From Saccostrea cucullata (taxonomy: Eukaryota): DNA of 52,163 nt. The position numbers and the translations under genes are program-made. Where the stretch lies: positions 1 to 52,163 of the forward strand of contig NW_026932781.1 in NCBI RefSeq assembly GCF_032062105.1. The letters are read 5' to 3'. How positions within the stretch are numbered: the stretch's first letter is position 1; every line of letters begins with the position of its first letter. Positions 24,491 to 38,889 of the stretch are shown here, one piece after another. Below the pieces are notes generated by a model, which was given only the letters and a program-made list of their open reading frames with translations, was not told the origin of the DNA and ran no database searches.

Positions 24491-25749
24491 ACTTCTTTTA
24501 CAAGACGAATGACAAATCTGTAATACAAGTGAACATCGCAAAATAATTGGAAAAACAAATTTGTGGGAAGATATTATAATTTCATAAAACCAAAACATAC
24601 TAATCTTATGTATAATAGGAGTTTTATTGTCTTATCTTTGAAGGTCTATACATACTCAATAATTACACCTTCATTCACAAATAACTATTTATTTGAAGCT
24701 GCTCAGAGAGAACCAAATACTAAATTTTGCAGCCCATAAAAATTAATTCTTACCTCTAAGAATTGCTTTCAATTTAAAGGATCCTAATTCTTGTACGGAA
24801 ATAGCCGTCCACACTATAGGAGTGACAAGGTACAAATGACTGCAGCTAGCTGTGTCAACGTTAGCGCGCGCTCTGAGTGATGGGAAAGCGCACTTCACAC
24901 CCCTTTGTGTATTGTGAATTCACAAGCTCAGCGTTCTTAGGTAAGTGTTTGCAGCTGTCAAATTCTAGAGTCCAGTCTTGTCCTGTAATGCATTTAGAGT
25001 TAGGGAAAACATATTATGGTGAACGTTCTAAAATATAAAACAATTTTTGTAAAACGAACAACACTTTTGACATAGGTTTTTTTGTGTGTTATTTATTTAT
25101 GCTTTATTCGCAGACAAAGACTTATTCCTGCGAATTTAAACCTTCTGATAAAATATAAAATGCGTTCAACAATTCAGCGTATTCTCTCTAGGGGAATTTA
25201 ACGGATTTTGTGATTTTGTGAAAATATGATCCCGATAAAATAATCATTCCTTGGGGTAAATGGATGTTCTTAATCACTTCCTTGGGTTACTTTACTAAAA
25301 ATTGTTATTTTCTTTCTAAATAGATATTTGGAATCAGCTTCGACAGAATATATTATGTTATGCAGTTTTCAATTTTATTAATTAAGAAACATGACTTAAG
25401 TAACTTTTCGATAAATGTTTAATATGTAAATATAAGTCAAAAGGTTCTGAATCGGATTTAACGCAAAATTATGTAATCTGATACGAAATAAATTGGAAAA
25501 ACTCTCATGACCTTTATTAATTTCATATGTAGACATTGCAAATATTCATAACATCAGACATTTCATCAGTAATAAATTATTATAGGTCAACAACTGTTAA
25601 ATGTTAAAAAAAACAATTCATAAATGTTTTTTTTTTGTATCATCTCGAATTATCTCTCTAACTCCTACATTTCCGTCCAAAACTGTTATATCTTCTGACT
25701 TGAGAAAGTTTATAAAAGCGTCAAAACATTTCGGTGTGTTTAAATGTGC

Positions 25750-28536
25750 TTATTTATTTGAAACTCTCTTCAGTTTTGTTTCGAAAGCCCTGAACGTACG
25801 GAAAGGAATATTTGATTTTAAACACTGTAATTTAAAGTGTTCGTATTTTTGGTGAACGCTTATCTTCTCCAAGCTTTGAGCATGCAGGAATTCCAGCTCT
25901 TGTGCCGACCAGGGAGCTTTATAAGATGTGGAAATCGGGTAGCAGGAGGAAGTTCTCCGAAGTCCTATGTTTTTATCAAAAAGAATGGGGTCATCATCGC
26001 GATCACCATATTCATCAGTGACATTTCCAGGTAGTTCTGCGACTTCCTGTTCTGTTTCCTTTCTCTCGTCCTTTTTGTTAGTTTTCTGTTCTTCTCCTGT
26101 CAATATTTCCAGTTTATGTGGGATTGTAAAGTGCAAGCGATTCAACTGCAAATTGCGGAATCTAAAATTGGCCAATTGTAACTTGGACAAAATCTCTAAT
26201 GCAATCAACTTGTTCTTGTGTAAGGGTAGATCAGTCATAAGAACCACTAGCCTGTCATATTCAACGAAATGGCCCTGCATCAAAAGAGCAATACAGCTTA
26301 TGAACGTCATTGTTATCACTGTTTGATCCATGTCCATTTTCTCTCTTTTCAACTTTCGAAGACACATTGATACCCAGGGAAGTATCTTTGGTGTTTTCTT
26401 TATTTTGCTTGGATACACAAGGCCCCGTTTTTCGAGTTCACCTTTAACTAGATCAGATATTGTAATTAGTGTAGCTTCGGTGATATCTGTCGATTCTTTG
26501 TCATACACAACCGCCCAAAACTTGTCCTTAAAGGACCAAGTAAGGGTCATGTTTCCATGTTTGTCGTATGTGGTCACCGCGGGAAAATGTTTAAGCTCCA
26601 GTTCCAGTAATCCGGCCTCTATGATCTCTGCCAATGGAAGGTTACTTTTATCCAAAAGTAAGTTCAAGCTGGGAAAAACCATTTGGGCATTAGTTCTCCT
26701 GTTTGTTGTTAGCAGTTTTACTAGCGACTTGAGGGTTACAGCTCCTACTGTATTAAAAGTGGTCTTACAGGACTTCATCTGTCTTAGGAAATCTTCAAAC
26801 AGAACATAACTAGCCATCTTGCCAGTTTCGTGCAAGTCATGTAGTAAGGCAACGACCAGATGTCTACCAATAACTCCGTAGCTGCCATCCAAGTGATCGT
26901 GTAATCCCACTGATCGTGTTATCATCTTACTTATAGCCTCAGATGTTGTCCATATTTCTGGTGGTGGAATACTATATTCGTTTTGCATACAGGTTGAGTA
27001 CACTTCTAAAGATAGGAATCCAAAGTGGTCACTCACACTCCGACTGGGTCCAAGAGCGCCGGGTCCCAGATTTATTGAGTATGTTGTGCTCCTTCCACAA
27101 AGTGGTTTTCCCCACAACATTTTTTCTGAGGCTAGTTCTAACTGGTAGGATTGCCAGGTAGCAAGCACATTTCCTGTTTTCTGATACTCGTTCAAAAGTT
27201 CCTGAAGTTCCTTGCAAATCCATAAGCCCAAATGTCTAATGCATGTGAGAATTTGACTGGGAAAAGGCACCAACATAGGACAACTTTCTAACAGAAATTC
27301 AAGATTTGTTATATCAATAAAATCCAAGGCATGCAAATGGTCTGCAACAGAATCCTGTGAGACGACAAATTCTATCCTACATGCACTTTTCCTCAGCAAT
27401 GTCCAGTTACTTTGTAATGTTGATATATAATGCTCTGCGTCACGTAGAAATGCTTCCGCTGTCGATCGTGGGAAACACATACCCCCAACAATGCAGCCAG
27501 ACACTGGATGATATCGTCCATTTGGTTGCCGGTGTGGAATGTCAGCATAAAGCTGTACAAATTGAACATCTTGTGGAAAACGACAAATCTTCATCAAACA
27601 ATCTTTAACATCCATTGCTCTGCCATCTAAATTGCTCTGATAATTACCGCAGTCTGTGAACGATAAGCAGCTACTTAGTGTTCCTCTGTGGCCAATAACT
27701 TGTTCCAAACCTACTGTGGACCAAAGCAGATCAACGTCTTCACTGTCTGACAAAATGTTTCCGGCAACATGAATAGTTGTACGCAGTATTAATTCGGTAA
27801 AGAAATCTGACAAGGATAGCCCACATGTCATTTTTTCACCAAATCTGAAGCAAAATATGATTGGTCTTAAAAATCCACTTTGAGGCAGTTCGTCTAAAGA
27901 TGTTTGCAATGCTTCGAGTATGGGACAACAGTCATCAGGTAAAATGAACATTTTTCGAGCGTCATTAATGTCATTCTTTTGCAGAGTTCTCGTTGCCTCC
28001 CCCCTCAAGGCAAGTGTCATTAGTGAAGTTTTAAAACTTTCCCTCAGCTGGAAAAAGGTGGCTAAGGTTTGTTGTCTTACTTGCTGCTTTGATAACGCAA
28101 CTGAATGCATTTGGTGCACAGGAATTAATCCTATCCAACATTCCCATCCCCTCTCATAGAATAATTGAAAGCCTAGGCTGTTTGAAAATGTCATGAGTTC
28201 GCTTTTACTATACTGTGGTAATTTTATATGTTTTTTCAAAACGCTTCTAACATTCCGTAAACTGGCATGATCGTGGGGAAACAGAGTAATATGTCTCACT
28301 GGCATTCTAATTGCTGTCAAAGATTTTAATTCCAAAACGCATCCATCAATATCGAATGAATATCTCAACCATACTTCTCTGTCTACTTCATCGACTGTCA
28401 AACATCTTCCATAAATTCGTTCATCCCTTCTTAAAAAGAGTTGAGGTGTTTCAGATAAAGAATTGTATAGCTTTGCTAAATTAAAGTTCTCTTGCACGGT
28501 TTCAGAAAAAGTTTGTACACTTTCATCAACGTCCAT
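25750..28536 (-). CDS. 928-aa unknown protein, copy 3 (intact)
   Basis: Translation matches copy 2 in the ORF track. Confidence 0.9.
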   Translation of the reverse strand: MDVDESVQTFSETVQENFNLAKLYNSLSETPQLFLRRDERIYGRCLTVDEVDREVWLRYSFDIDGCVLELKSLTAIRMPVRHITLFPHDHASLRNVRSVLKKHIKLPQYSKSELMTFSNSLGFQLFYERGWECWIGLIPVHQMHSVALSKQQVRQQTLATFFQLRESFKTSLMTLALRGEATRTLQKNDINDARKMFILPDDCCPILEALQTSLDELPQSGFLRPIIFCFRFGEKMTCGLSLSDFFTELILRTTIHVAGNILSDSEDVDLLWSTVGLEQVIGHRGTLSSCLSFTDCGNYQSNLDGRAMDVKDCLMKICRFPQDVQFVQLYADIPHRQPNGRYHPVSGCIVGGMCFPRSTAEAFLRDAEHYISTLQSNWTLLRKSACRIEFVVSQDSVADHLHALDFIDITNLEFLLESCPMLVPFPSQILTCIRHLGLWICKELQELLNEYQKTGNVLATWQSYQLELASEKMLWGKPLCGRSTTYSINLGPGALGPSRSVSDHFGFLSLEVYSTCMQNEYSIPPPEIWTTSEAISKMITRSVGLHDHLDGSYGVIGRHLVVALLHDLHETGKMASYVLFEDFLRQMKSCKTTFNTVGAVTLKSLVKLLTTNRRTNAQMVFPSLNLLLDKSNLPLAEIIEAGLLELELKHFPAVTTYDKHGNMTLTWSFKDKFWAVVYDKESTDITEATLITISDLVKGELEKRGLVYPSKIKKTPKILPWVSMCLRKLKREKMDMDQTVITMTFISCIALLMQGHFVEYDRLVVLMTDLPLHKNKLIALEILSKLQLANFRFRNLQLNRLHFTIPHKLEILTGEEQKTNKKDERKETEQEVAELPGNVTDEYGDRDDDPILFDKNIGLRRTSSCYPISTSYKAPWSAQELEFLHAQSLEKISVHQKYEHFKLQCLKSNIPFRTFRAFETKLKRVSNK

Positions 28537-28653
28537 CTGAAATTAGAAAAACATTGTTTTTAGAATGGTACTCTTTGCAAAAGATGTAAAATCCAGAAAA
28601 AATTCATGTGCTGAAAATTATACTAACAATATCAAAAAATCCTGCATAAAAAT

Positions 28654-29095
28654 AACCCTGGGTTAAACCCGTGTATATTCTGGGTTAGACTTGGGTTTAT
28701 CCTGGGTTAAACCCGGGTATATCCTGGATTATACCTGGGTTATACCCAGGTATATCCTGGGTTATACCTGGGTATATCTCGGGTTATACCCGGGTTAATC
28801 CTGGGTTATACCCGGGTTTATCCTGGGTTATACCCGGGTATATCTTGGGTTATACCCGGGTTTATCCAGGGTTAAACCCAGGTATATCTCGGGTTATACC
28901 CGGGTTAATCCTGGGTTATACCCGGGTTTATCCTGGGTTATACCCGGGTTTATCCTGGGTTATACCCGGGTTTATCCTGGGTTAAACCCAGGTATATCTT
29001 GGGTTAAACCCGGGTATACCTGGGGTTAAACCCGGGTATACCTAGGGTATACCCGGGTTCAACCCGGGTATACCAAGGGTATACCTGGGTATACC
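28654..29095. repeat. 11/22-bp palindromic minisatellite, copy 3
   Basis: Same unit as copy 1. Confidence 0.95.
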
Positions 29096-29564
29096 ACTGG
29101 TGTTCATACCCAGCATGATTTTAATTTTAATCAATGACCTTAATTTCAATCAATATGCTCTTATTGTATAATTAAAAGGAATATATCATAATTACTTATT
29201 GAAAATACACTTTTATTTACCAGGTATAACTGAAAAATACAAAAAATATACATAAACTTTGTCCTTTTAAACACAAATAATTCAATATACTTTCGTAAAT
29301 TTTGAATGCTAAAATAAGGCAAAGTTATGCATAACTTCTAAAAAAAGATGTCGTTGTTTTCTCAAAAAACACATAATAATTAGCAATTAAAAAAAATCAA
29401 TTGAAATATTACCTTAGATTAAGAAAATCACCCATTAAATACACCACAGTATATAAGCGTCTGAATCGAAAGAAATCCAGCAACAAAATACCTACTTTCA
29501 CAATAAAATGATTGACAATCACGTGATAAAATAGGCGGAGTTCCGCATTCCCGCACCCGCATCA

Positions 29565-29761
29565 NNNNNNNNNNNNNNNNNNNNNNNNNNNNNNNNNNNN
29601 NNNNNNNNNNNNNNNNNNNNNNNNNNNNNNNNNNNNNNNNNNNNNNNNNNNNNNNNNNNNNNNNNNNNNNNNNNNNNNNNNNNNNNNNNNNNNNNNNNNN
29701 NNNNNNNNNNNNNNNNNNNNNNNNNNNNNNNNNNNNNNNNNNNNNNNNNNNNNNNNNNNNN
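29565..29761. other. N-run (197 nt), probably masked (CCCTAA)n
   Basis: Sequence resumes with ctaaccct. Confidence 0.6.
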
Positions 29762-32637
29762 CTAACCCTGGTGTTCATATTCGGGTTGTAAGCCGATTAA
29801 CCCTAACCCTAACCCGGAAGTTAACCCTAACCCTGAGTTAACCCTGATTTTCAGGGTTTATGCAGGGTTATCCCTTTAAACTTCATATCTGGTGTTCATA
29901 TTCGGGTTGTGAGTTAAGGAGATGATGTTCAATCCAAAAAACCCTCAACCCTGCCCGAACCCGGAAGTTAAAGGGTCAACCCTGAGTTAACCCTGATTTT
30001 CAGGGTTTATGCAGGGTTATCCCTTTAAACTTCATATCTGGTGTTCATATTCGGGTTGTAAGCTAAGTAGGTGATGGTTGATCGATTGACCCCCTAACCC
30101 TTCCCGAACCCGGAAGTTAAAGGGTCAACCCTGAGTTAACCCTCATTTTCAGGGTTTATGCAGGGTTATCCCTTTAAACTTCATATCTGGTGTTCATATT
30201 TGGGTTATAAGCTAAGTTGGTGATGTTCAATCCAAAAAACCCTCAACCCTTCCCGAACCCGGAAGTTAAAGGGTCAACCCTGAGTTAACCCTGATTTTCA
30301 GGGTTTATGCAGGGTTATCCCTTTAAACTTCATAGCTGGTGTTCATATTCGGGTTGTAAGCTTAGTACGTGATTGTTGATAGATTGACCCCTCAACCCTT
30401 CCCGAACCCGGAAGTTAAAGGGTCAACCCTGAGTTAACCCTGATTTTCAGGGTTTATGCAGGGTTATCCCTTTAAACTTCATATCTGGTGTTCATATTCG
30501 GGTTGTAAGCTAAGTAGGTGATGGTTGATCGATTGACCCCTCAACCCTGCCCGAACCCGGAAGTTAAAGGGTCAACCCTGAGTTAACCCTGATTTTCAGG
30601 GTTTATGCAGGGTTATCCCTTTAAACTTCATATCTGGTGTTCATATTCGGGTTGTAAGCTTAGTACGTGATTGTTGATAGATTGACCCCTCAACCCTTCC
30701 CGAACCCGGAAGTTAAAGGGTCAACCCTGAGTTAACCCTGATTTTCAGGGTTTATGCAGGGTTATCCCTTTAAACTTCATATCTGGTGTTCATATTCGGG
30801 TTGTAAGCTAAGTAGGGGATGGTTGATCGATTGATTCCTCAACCCTTCCCGAACCCGGAAGTTAAAGGGTCAACCCTGAGTTAACCCTGATTTTTAGGGT
30901 CCATTCAGGGTTATCCCTTTAAACTTCATATCTGGTGTTCATATTTGGGTTGTAAGCTAAGTAGGTGGTGTTCAATCCAAAAAACCCTCAACCCTTCCCG
31001 AACCCGGAAGTTAAAGGCTCAACCCTGAGTTAACCCTGATTTTTAAGGTCCATTCAGGGTTATCCCTTTAAACTTCATATCTGGTGTTAAGCTAAGTAGG
31101 TGATGGTTCAATCGATTGAACCCTCAACCCTTCCCGAACCCGGAAGTTAAAGGGTCAACCCTGAGTTAACCCTGATTTTCAGGGTTTATGCAGGGTTATC
31201 CCTTTAAACTTCATATCTGGTGTTCATATTCGGGTTGTAAGCTAAGTAGGTGATGGTTGATCGATTGACCCCTCAACCCTTCCCGAACCCGGAAGTTAAA
31301 GGGTCAACCCTGAGTTAACCCTGATTTTCAGGGTTTATGCAGGGTTATCCCTTTAAACTTCATATCTGGTGTTCATATTCGGGTTGTAAGCTAAGTAAGT
31401 AGGTGAGGTGATGTTCAATCCAAAAAACCCTCAACCCTTCCCGAACCCGGAAGTTAAAGGGTCAACCCTGAGTTAACCCTGATTTTCAGGGTTTATGCAG
31501 GGTTATCCCTTTAAACTTCATATCTGGTGTTCATATTCGGGTTGTAAGCTAAGTAGGTGATGTTCAATCCAAAAAACCCTCAACCCTTCCCGAACCCGGA
31601 AGTTAAAGGGTCAACCCTGAGTTAACCCTGATTTTCAGGGTTTATGCAGGGTTATCCCTTTAAACTTCATATCTGGTGTTCATATTCGGGTTGTAAGCTA
31701 AGTAGGTGATGGTTGATCGATTGACCCCTCAACCCTTCCCGAACCCGGAAGTTAAAGGGTCAACCCTGAGTTAACCCTGATTTTTAGGGTCCATTCAGGG
31801 TTATCCCTTTAAACTTCATCTCTGGTGTTCATATTCGGGTTGTAAGCTAAGTAGGTGATGTTCAATCCAAAAAACCCTCAACCCTTCCCGAACCCGGAAG
31901 TTAAAGGGTCAACCCTGAGTTAACCCTGATTTTCAGGGTTTATGCAGGGTTATCCCTTTAAACTTCATATCTGGTGTTCATATTCGGGTTGTAAGTTAAG
32001 GAGATGATGTTCAATCGAATGAACCCTCAACCCTGCCCGAACCCGGAAGTTAAAGGGTCAACCCTGAGTTAACCCTGATTTTCAGGGTTTATGCAGGGTT
32101 ATCCCTTTAAACTTCATATCTGGTATTCACATTCGGGTTGTGAGCTAAGTAGGTGATGTTCAATCGAATGAACCCTCAACCCTGGCCCAACCCGGAAGTT
32201 AAAGGGTTAACCCTGAGTTAACCCTGATTTTCAGGGTTGAACCAGGGTTATCCTTTTAAAGTTCATATCTGGTGTTCATATTAGGGTTGTAAGTTAAGGA
32301 GATGATGATTAATGGATTGAACCCTCAACCCTTCCCAAAACCGGAAGTTAAAGGGACAACCCTGAGTTAACCCTGATTTTTAGGGTTGAACCAGGGTTAT
32401 CCCTTTAAACTTCATATCTGATGTTCATCTACGGGTTGTAAGTTAAGGAAAAGTTAAAGGGTCAACCCTGAGTTTACCCTGATTTTTAGGGTCCTTCGAC
32501 GGTTATTCCTTTAAACTTCATATCTGGTGTTTATATTTGGGTTGTTATATAAGTAGATATAAGTAGATGATGTTTAATAGAATGAACCTCAAGCCTTCCC
32601 GAACCCAGAATTTAAATGGATGAGTCCGAGTTTACCC
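29762..32637. repeat. 149-bp satellite array, copy 4
   Basis: Same monomer and the same degenerate right end as the other arrays. Confidence 0.95.
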
Positions 32638-33524
32638 TTTCTTGAAGTCTTCGTCCAGTTTTATCTCCTTAAACCTCATATGTCTTGTTCTGATTGGGGT
32701 TGAATGATAGTTATACCAAGTCCATTTGCATGAGTTTTTAAATCTATCCAAATGCGGAAGTGTAAAGAATAACCTTGATGTAGCCCTTTTTTCAGTCTTC
32801 GTTTTCTTGTTAATATTTTGTTCATCATTCTTAACTTCATATGTATCGTTAATATTCTAAAGTCATAATAATAAATAATGTTCAATTAATTGAGCCCTAA
32901 GAAATGTTAAATCCTTATGTTTTCAGATGTCTTATGTCTTGATATCTGCTTATTGTAATTGATTTTTAATATAATTAATTATCATACCAATTCTGCCCAG
33001 AGGCATGAAGTTCAAATTGTCATACAGAGTAAACCCTTATTGTAGAATTTATTCAGGTAATTTACTATCACATAATATCTGGAAAAAGAATTTTTTGACC
33101 CAATTTAACAGAAAAGTCAATGCAACCTAAAAAATCAGAATTAAATTGTAATCCGAATATTTAATTCATGCACCTTTGCATTTTTGGGGGGTTAAAAATA
33201 AACAACTGTTTCATATAAAAATCATTTATTTATTTATTCTTCAATCTGTGCTATGATCATTTTTTAATATTCCTTATTAAAAAGTACACAGCAAAATATG
33301 CAATTCAGTGATTATCTTACAAACTTGCTGTCAAATGACAGAATGATCTGACAAGAATTGAAACAATTCACATTTATTTATATCAATTTAAGCCATTAAT
33401 TTTTAACCTTGTCATTAAACAACCCATCATGAATTACAGACTTTCACATATAATTGTGAAATAATAATAATGAAAACTTAGAAGAATTCTTTTCACAATT
33501 AACGCTTCTCAATTTTGCCAATGT

Positions 33525-34320
33525 TCATTTTAGACTATCTCCCACCAGCTCTTCAAGTTCCTTCTGGAGTCTTGCTTTCTCTCTTTGCGCTCTTTTCTTC
33601 TTCACGATATTTTTCACCTTCTCTTGTAAATAGAGTGCAAAATCGCCCTTAATGTCCGGCTTCCACTCTGGGGCCCAAATTCTATCCCGCACTCCCTCCT
33701 CGATCAGTTTTTGGATATCCACCAATTTTGCTATTTAACACGAAATAACAGTTAACTTTTTCAAAATACTTTATAACAAGGGAATTATTCAAAAACGTCA
33801 GCCAACACAATCATTTTTATTCTCATTAATTAATATCCTTTCCCGTTAATCTACAGAGAATATGTTATACTTACTTGGTGTATTTGTCTCCTGCACCCCT
33901 ACCCAATAATGGATATATGCAAGCTGAAGTTGGCTGACTTTCTCTTTCTCTGGACGGTAGGTGATGCCCTCTAATACTTCCTCGACTTTCTCTCGCATGT
34001 CTTCTTTCAAATCATCCACCGACAAGGCAACTTCTTCTTCCTCCTCCTCCTCACTCTCCTCTTCTATTAACTTTCTTTTAACTCCCTTTCCGGACTCAAC
34101 TTCACTTTCTAGGGTCTCCACCCTGACTTTAACTTCTTTCAATTCATTACTAAACTTTACCATAGTCTCCATAACGAATTCTCGCAAACCTTCATACTTT
34201 GCGTCGTTTTCATCTATCAAAATGAAAATGGTATGTGAAGTTAAAATATGCTTGCTATAGAAAATATCTTTCCAGAAACATGTAAACTACAATACCTTCT
34301 GATAGATTTCCTTTCTCCAT
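33525..34320 (-). CDS. Small spliced gene, copy 4 (in frame, one Glu shorter)
   Basis: A 3-bp deletion in the poly-Glu run preserves the frame; splice sites are conserved. Confidence 0.75.
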
Positions 34321-35579
34321 ACTTCTTTTACAAGACGAATGACAAATCTGTAATACAAGTGAACATCGCAAAATAATTGGAAAAACAAATTTGTGGGAAG
34401 ATATTATAATTTCATAAAACCAAAACATACTAATCTTATGTATAATAGGAGTTTTATTGTCTTATCTTTGAAGGTCTATACATAACCAATAATTACACCT
34501 TCATTCACAAATAACTATTTATTTGAAGCTGCTCAGAGAGAACCAAATACTAAATTTTGCAGCCCATAAAAATTAATTCTTACCTCTAAGAATTGCTTTC
34601 AATTTAAAGGATCCTAATTCTTATACGGAAATAGCCGTCCACACTATAGGAGTGACAAGGTACAAATGACTGCAGCTAGCTGTGTCAACGTTAGCGCGCG
34701 CTCTGAGTGATGGGAAAGCGCACTTCACACCCCTTTGTGTATTGTGAATTCACAAGCTCAGCGTTCTTAGGTAAGTGTTTGCAGCTGTCAAATTCTAGAG
34801 TCCAGTCTTGTCCTGTAATGCATTTAGAGTTAGGGAAAACATATTATGGTGAACGTTCTAAAATATAAAACAATTTTTGTAAAACGAACAACACTTTTGA
34901 CATAGGTTTTTTTGTGTGTTATTTATTTATGCTTTATTCGCAGACAAAGACTTATTCCTGCGAATTTAAACCTTCTGATAAAATATAAAATGCGTTCAAC
35001 AATTCAGCGTATTCTCTCTAGGGGAATTTAACGGATTTTGTGATTTTGTGAAAATATGATCCCGATAAAATAATCATTCCTTGGGGTAAATGGATGTTCT
35101 TAATCACTTCCTTGGGTTACTTTACTAAAAATTGTTATTTTCTTTCTAAATAGATATTTGGAATCAGCTTCGACAGAATATATTATGTTATGCAGTTTTC
35201 AATTTTATTAATTAAGAAACATGACTTAAGTAACTTTTCGATAAATGTTTAATATGTAAATATAAGTCAAAAGGTTCTGAATCGGATTTAACGCAAAATT
35301 ATGTAATCTGATACGAAATAAATTGGAAAAACTCTCATGACCTTTATTAATTTCATATGTAGACATTGCAAATATTCATAACATCAGACATTTCATCAGT
35401 AATAAATTATTATAGGTCAACAACTGTTAAATGTTAAAAAAAACAATTCATAAATGTTTTTTTTTTGTATCATCTCGAATTATCTCTCTAACTCCTACAT
35501 TTCCGTCCAAAACTGTTATATCTTCTGACTTGAGAAAGTTTATAAAAGCGTCAAAACATTTAGGTGTGTTTAAATGTGC

Positions 35580-38367
35580 TTATTTATTTGAAACTCTCTT
35601 CAGTTTTGTTTCGAAAGCCCTGAACGTACGGAAAGGAATATTTGATTTTAAACACTGTAATTTAAAGTGTTCGTATTTTTGGTGAACGCTTTTCTTCTCC
35701 AAGCTTTGAGCATGCAGGAATTCCAGCTCTTGTGCCGACCAGGGAGCTTTATAAGATGTGGAAATCGGGTAGCAGGAGGAAGTTCTCCGAAGTCCTATGT
35801 TTTTATCAAAAAGAATGGGGTCATCATCGCGATCACCATATTCATCAGTGACATTTCCAGGTAGTTCTGCGACTTCCTGTTCTGTTTCCTTTCTCTCGTC
35901 CTTTTTGTTAGTTTTCTGTTCTTCTCCTGTCAATATTTCCAGTTTATGTGGGATATGTAAAGTGCAAGCGATTCAACTGCAAATTGCGGAATCTAAAATT
36001 GGCTAATTGTAACTTGGACAAAATCTCTAATGCAATCAACTTGTTCTTGTGTAAGGGTAGATCAGTCATAAGAACCACTAGCCTGTCATAATCAACGAAA
36101 TGGCCCTGCATCAAAAGAGCAATACAGCTTATGAACGTCATTGTTATCACTCTTTGATCCATGTCCATTTTCTCTCTTTTCAACTTTCGAAGACACATTG
36201 ATACCCAGGGAAGTATCTTTGGTGTTTTCTTTATTTTGCTTGGATACACAAGGCCCCGTTTTTCGAGTTCACCTTTAACTAGATCAGATATTGTTATTAG
36301 TGTAGCTTCGGTGATATCTGTCGATTCTTTGTCATACACAACCGCCCAAAACTTGTCCTTAAAGGACCAAGTAAGGGTCATGTTTCCATGTTTGTCGTAT
36401 GTGGTCACCGCGGGAAAATGTTTAAGCTCCAGTTCCAGTAATCCGGCCTCTATGATCTCTGCCAATGGAAGGTTACTTTTATCCAAAAGTAAGTTCAAGC
36501 TGGGAAAAACCATTTGGGCATTAGTTCTCCTGTTTGTTGTTAGCAGTTTTACTAGCGACTTGAGGGTTACAGCTCCTACTGTATTAAAAGTGGTCTTACA
36601 GGACTTCATCTGTCTTAGGAAATCTTCAAACAGAACATAACTAGCCATCTTGCCAGTTTCGTGCAAGTCATGTAGTAAGGCAACGACCAGATGTCTACCA
36701 ATAACTCCGTAGCTGCCATCCAAGTGATCGTGTAATCCCACTGATCGTGTTATCATCTTACTTATAGCCTCAGATGTTGTCCATATTTCTGGTGGTGGAA
36801 TACTATATTCGTTTTGCATACAGGTTGAGTACACTTCTAAAGATAGGAATCCAAAGTGGTCACTCACACTCCGACTGGGTCCAAGAGCGCCGGGTCCCAG
36901 ATTTATTGAGTATGTTGTGCTCCTTCCACAAAGTGGTTTTCCCCACAACATTTTTTCTGAGGCTAGTTCTAACTGGTAGGATTGCCAGGTAGCACACACA
37001 TTTCCTGTTTTCTGATACTCGTTCAAAAGTTCCTGAAGTTCCTTGCAAATCCATAAGCCCAAATGTCGAATGCATGTGAGAATTTGACTGGGAAAAGGCA
37101 CCAACATAGGACAACTTTCTAACAGAAATTCAAGATTTGTTATATCAATAAAATCCAAGGCATGCAAATGGTCTGCAACAGAATCCTGTGAGACGACAAA
37201 TTCTATCCTACATGCACTTTTCCTCAGCAATGTCCAGTTACTTTGTAATGTTGATATATAATGCTCTGCGTCACGTAGAAATGCTTCCGCTGTCGATCGT
37301 GGGAAACACATACCCCCAACAATGCAGCCAGACACTGGATGATATCGTCCATTTGGTTGCCGGTGTGGAATGTCAGCATAAAGCTGTACAAATTGCACAT
37401 CCTGTGGAAAACGACAAATCTTCATCAAACAATCTTTAACATCCATTGCTCTGCCATCTAAATTGCTCTGATAATTACCGCAGTCTGTGAACGATAAGCA
37501 GCTACTTAGTGTTCCTCTGTGGCCAATAACTTGTTCCAAACCTGCTGTGGACCAAAGCAGATCAACGTCTTCACTGTCTGACAAAATGTTTCCGGCAACA
37601 TGAATAGTTGTACGCAGTATTAATTCGGTATAGAAATCTGACAAGGATAGCCCACATGTCATTTTTTCACCAAATCTGAAGCAAAATATGATTGGTCTTA
37701 AAAATCCACTTTGAGGCAGTTCGTCTAAAGATGTTTGCAATGCTTCGAGTATGGGACAACAGTCATCAGGTAAAATGAACATTTTTCGAGCGTCATTAAT
37801 GTCATTCTTTTGCAGAGTTCTCGTAGCCTCCCCCCTCAAGGCAAGCGTCATTAGTGAAGTTTTAAAACTCTCCCTCAGTTGGAAAAAGGTGGCTAAGGTT
37901 TGTTGTCTTACTTGCTGCTTTGATAACGCAACTGAATGCATTTGGTGCACAGGAATTAATCCTATCCAACATTCCCATCCCCTCTCATAGAATAATTGAA
38001 AGCCTAGGCTGTTTGAAAATGTCATGAGCTCGCTTTTACTATACTGTGGTAATTTTATATGTTTTTTCAAAACGCTTCTAACATTCCGTAAACTGGCATG
38101 ATCGTGGGGAAACAGAGTAATATGTCTCACTGGCATTCTAATTGCTGTCAAAGATTTTAATTCCAAAACGCATCCATCAATATCGAATGAATATCTCAAC
38201 CATACTTCTCTGTCTACTTCATCGACTGTCAAACATCTTCCATAAATTCGTTCATCCCTTCTTAAAAAGAGTTGAGGTGTTTCAGATACAGAATTGTATA
38301 GCTTTGCTAAATTAAAGTTCTCTAGCACGGTTTCAGAAAAAGTTTGTACACTTTCTTCAACGTCCAT
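35580..38367 (-). pseudogene. 928-aa unknown protein, copy 4, frameshifted
   Basis: A 1-bp insertion near 35955 (gggatatgtaaa versus gggattgtaaa) gives an 807-aa product that lacks the Myb-like tail. Confidence 0.8.
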
Positions 38368-38494
38368 CTGAAATTAGAAAAACATTGTTTTTAGAATGGT
38401 ACTTTTTGCAGAAGATGTAAAATCCAGAAAAAAAAATCATGTTCGAATAACCGGGTTTTACAAAAGGATTGACCCTGTAGCATGACCAAGTTTT

Positions 38495-38889
38495 CCCTGG
38501 GTTATACCCGGGTTTAACCTGGGTTAAACCCGGGATTACCTTGGGTTAAACCCGTGTATATTCTGGGTCAGACTTGGGTTTATCCTGGGTTAAACCCGGG
38601 TATATCCTGTATTATACCTGGGTTATACCCAGGTATATTCTGGGTTATACCCGGGTATATCCTGGGTTATACCCGGGTATATCTCGGGTTATACCCGGGT
38701 TTATCCTGGGTTATACCCGGGTATATCTTGGGTTATACCCGGGTTTATCCTGGGTTAAACCCAGGTATATCTTGGGTTAAACCCGGGTATACCCGGGGTT
38801 AAACCCGGGTATACCTGGGGTATACCCGGGTTAAACCCGGGTATACCCGGGTTAAACCCGGGTATACCAAGGGTATACCTGGGCATACC
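38495..38889. repeat. 11/22-bp palindromic minisatellite, copy 4
   Basis: Same unit as copy 1. Confidence 0.95.

Larger units (their letters stand above)
18921..29564 (-). mobile_element. Telomere-associated tandem element, copy 3 (both genes intact)
   Basis: Full unit; the only copy with no frameshift in either gene. Confidence 0.85.

Noticed and set aside
29428-29778. 116-aa ORF across the N-run
   Set aside because: It is an artefact of translating Ns.
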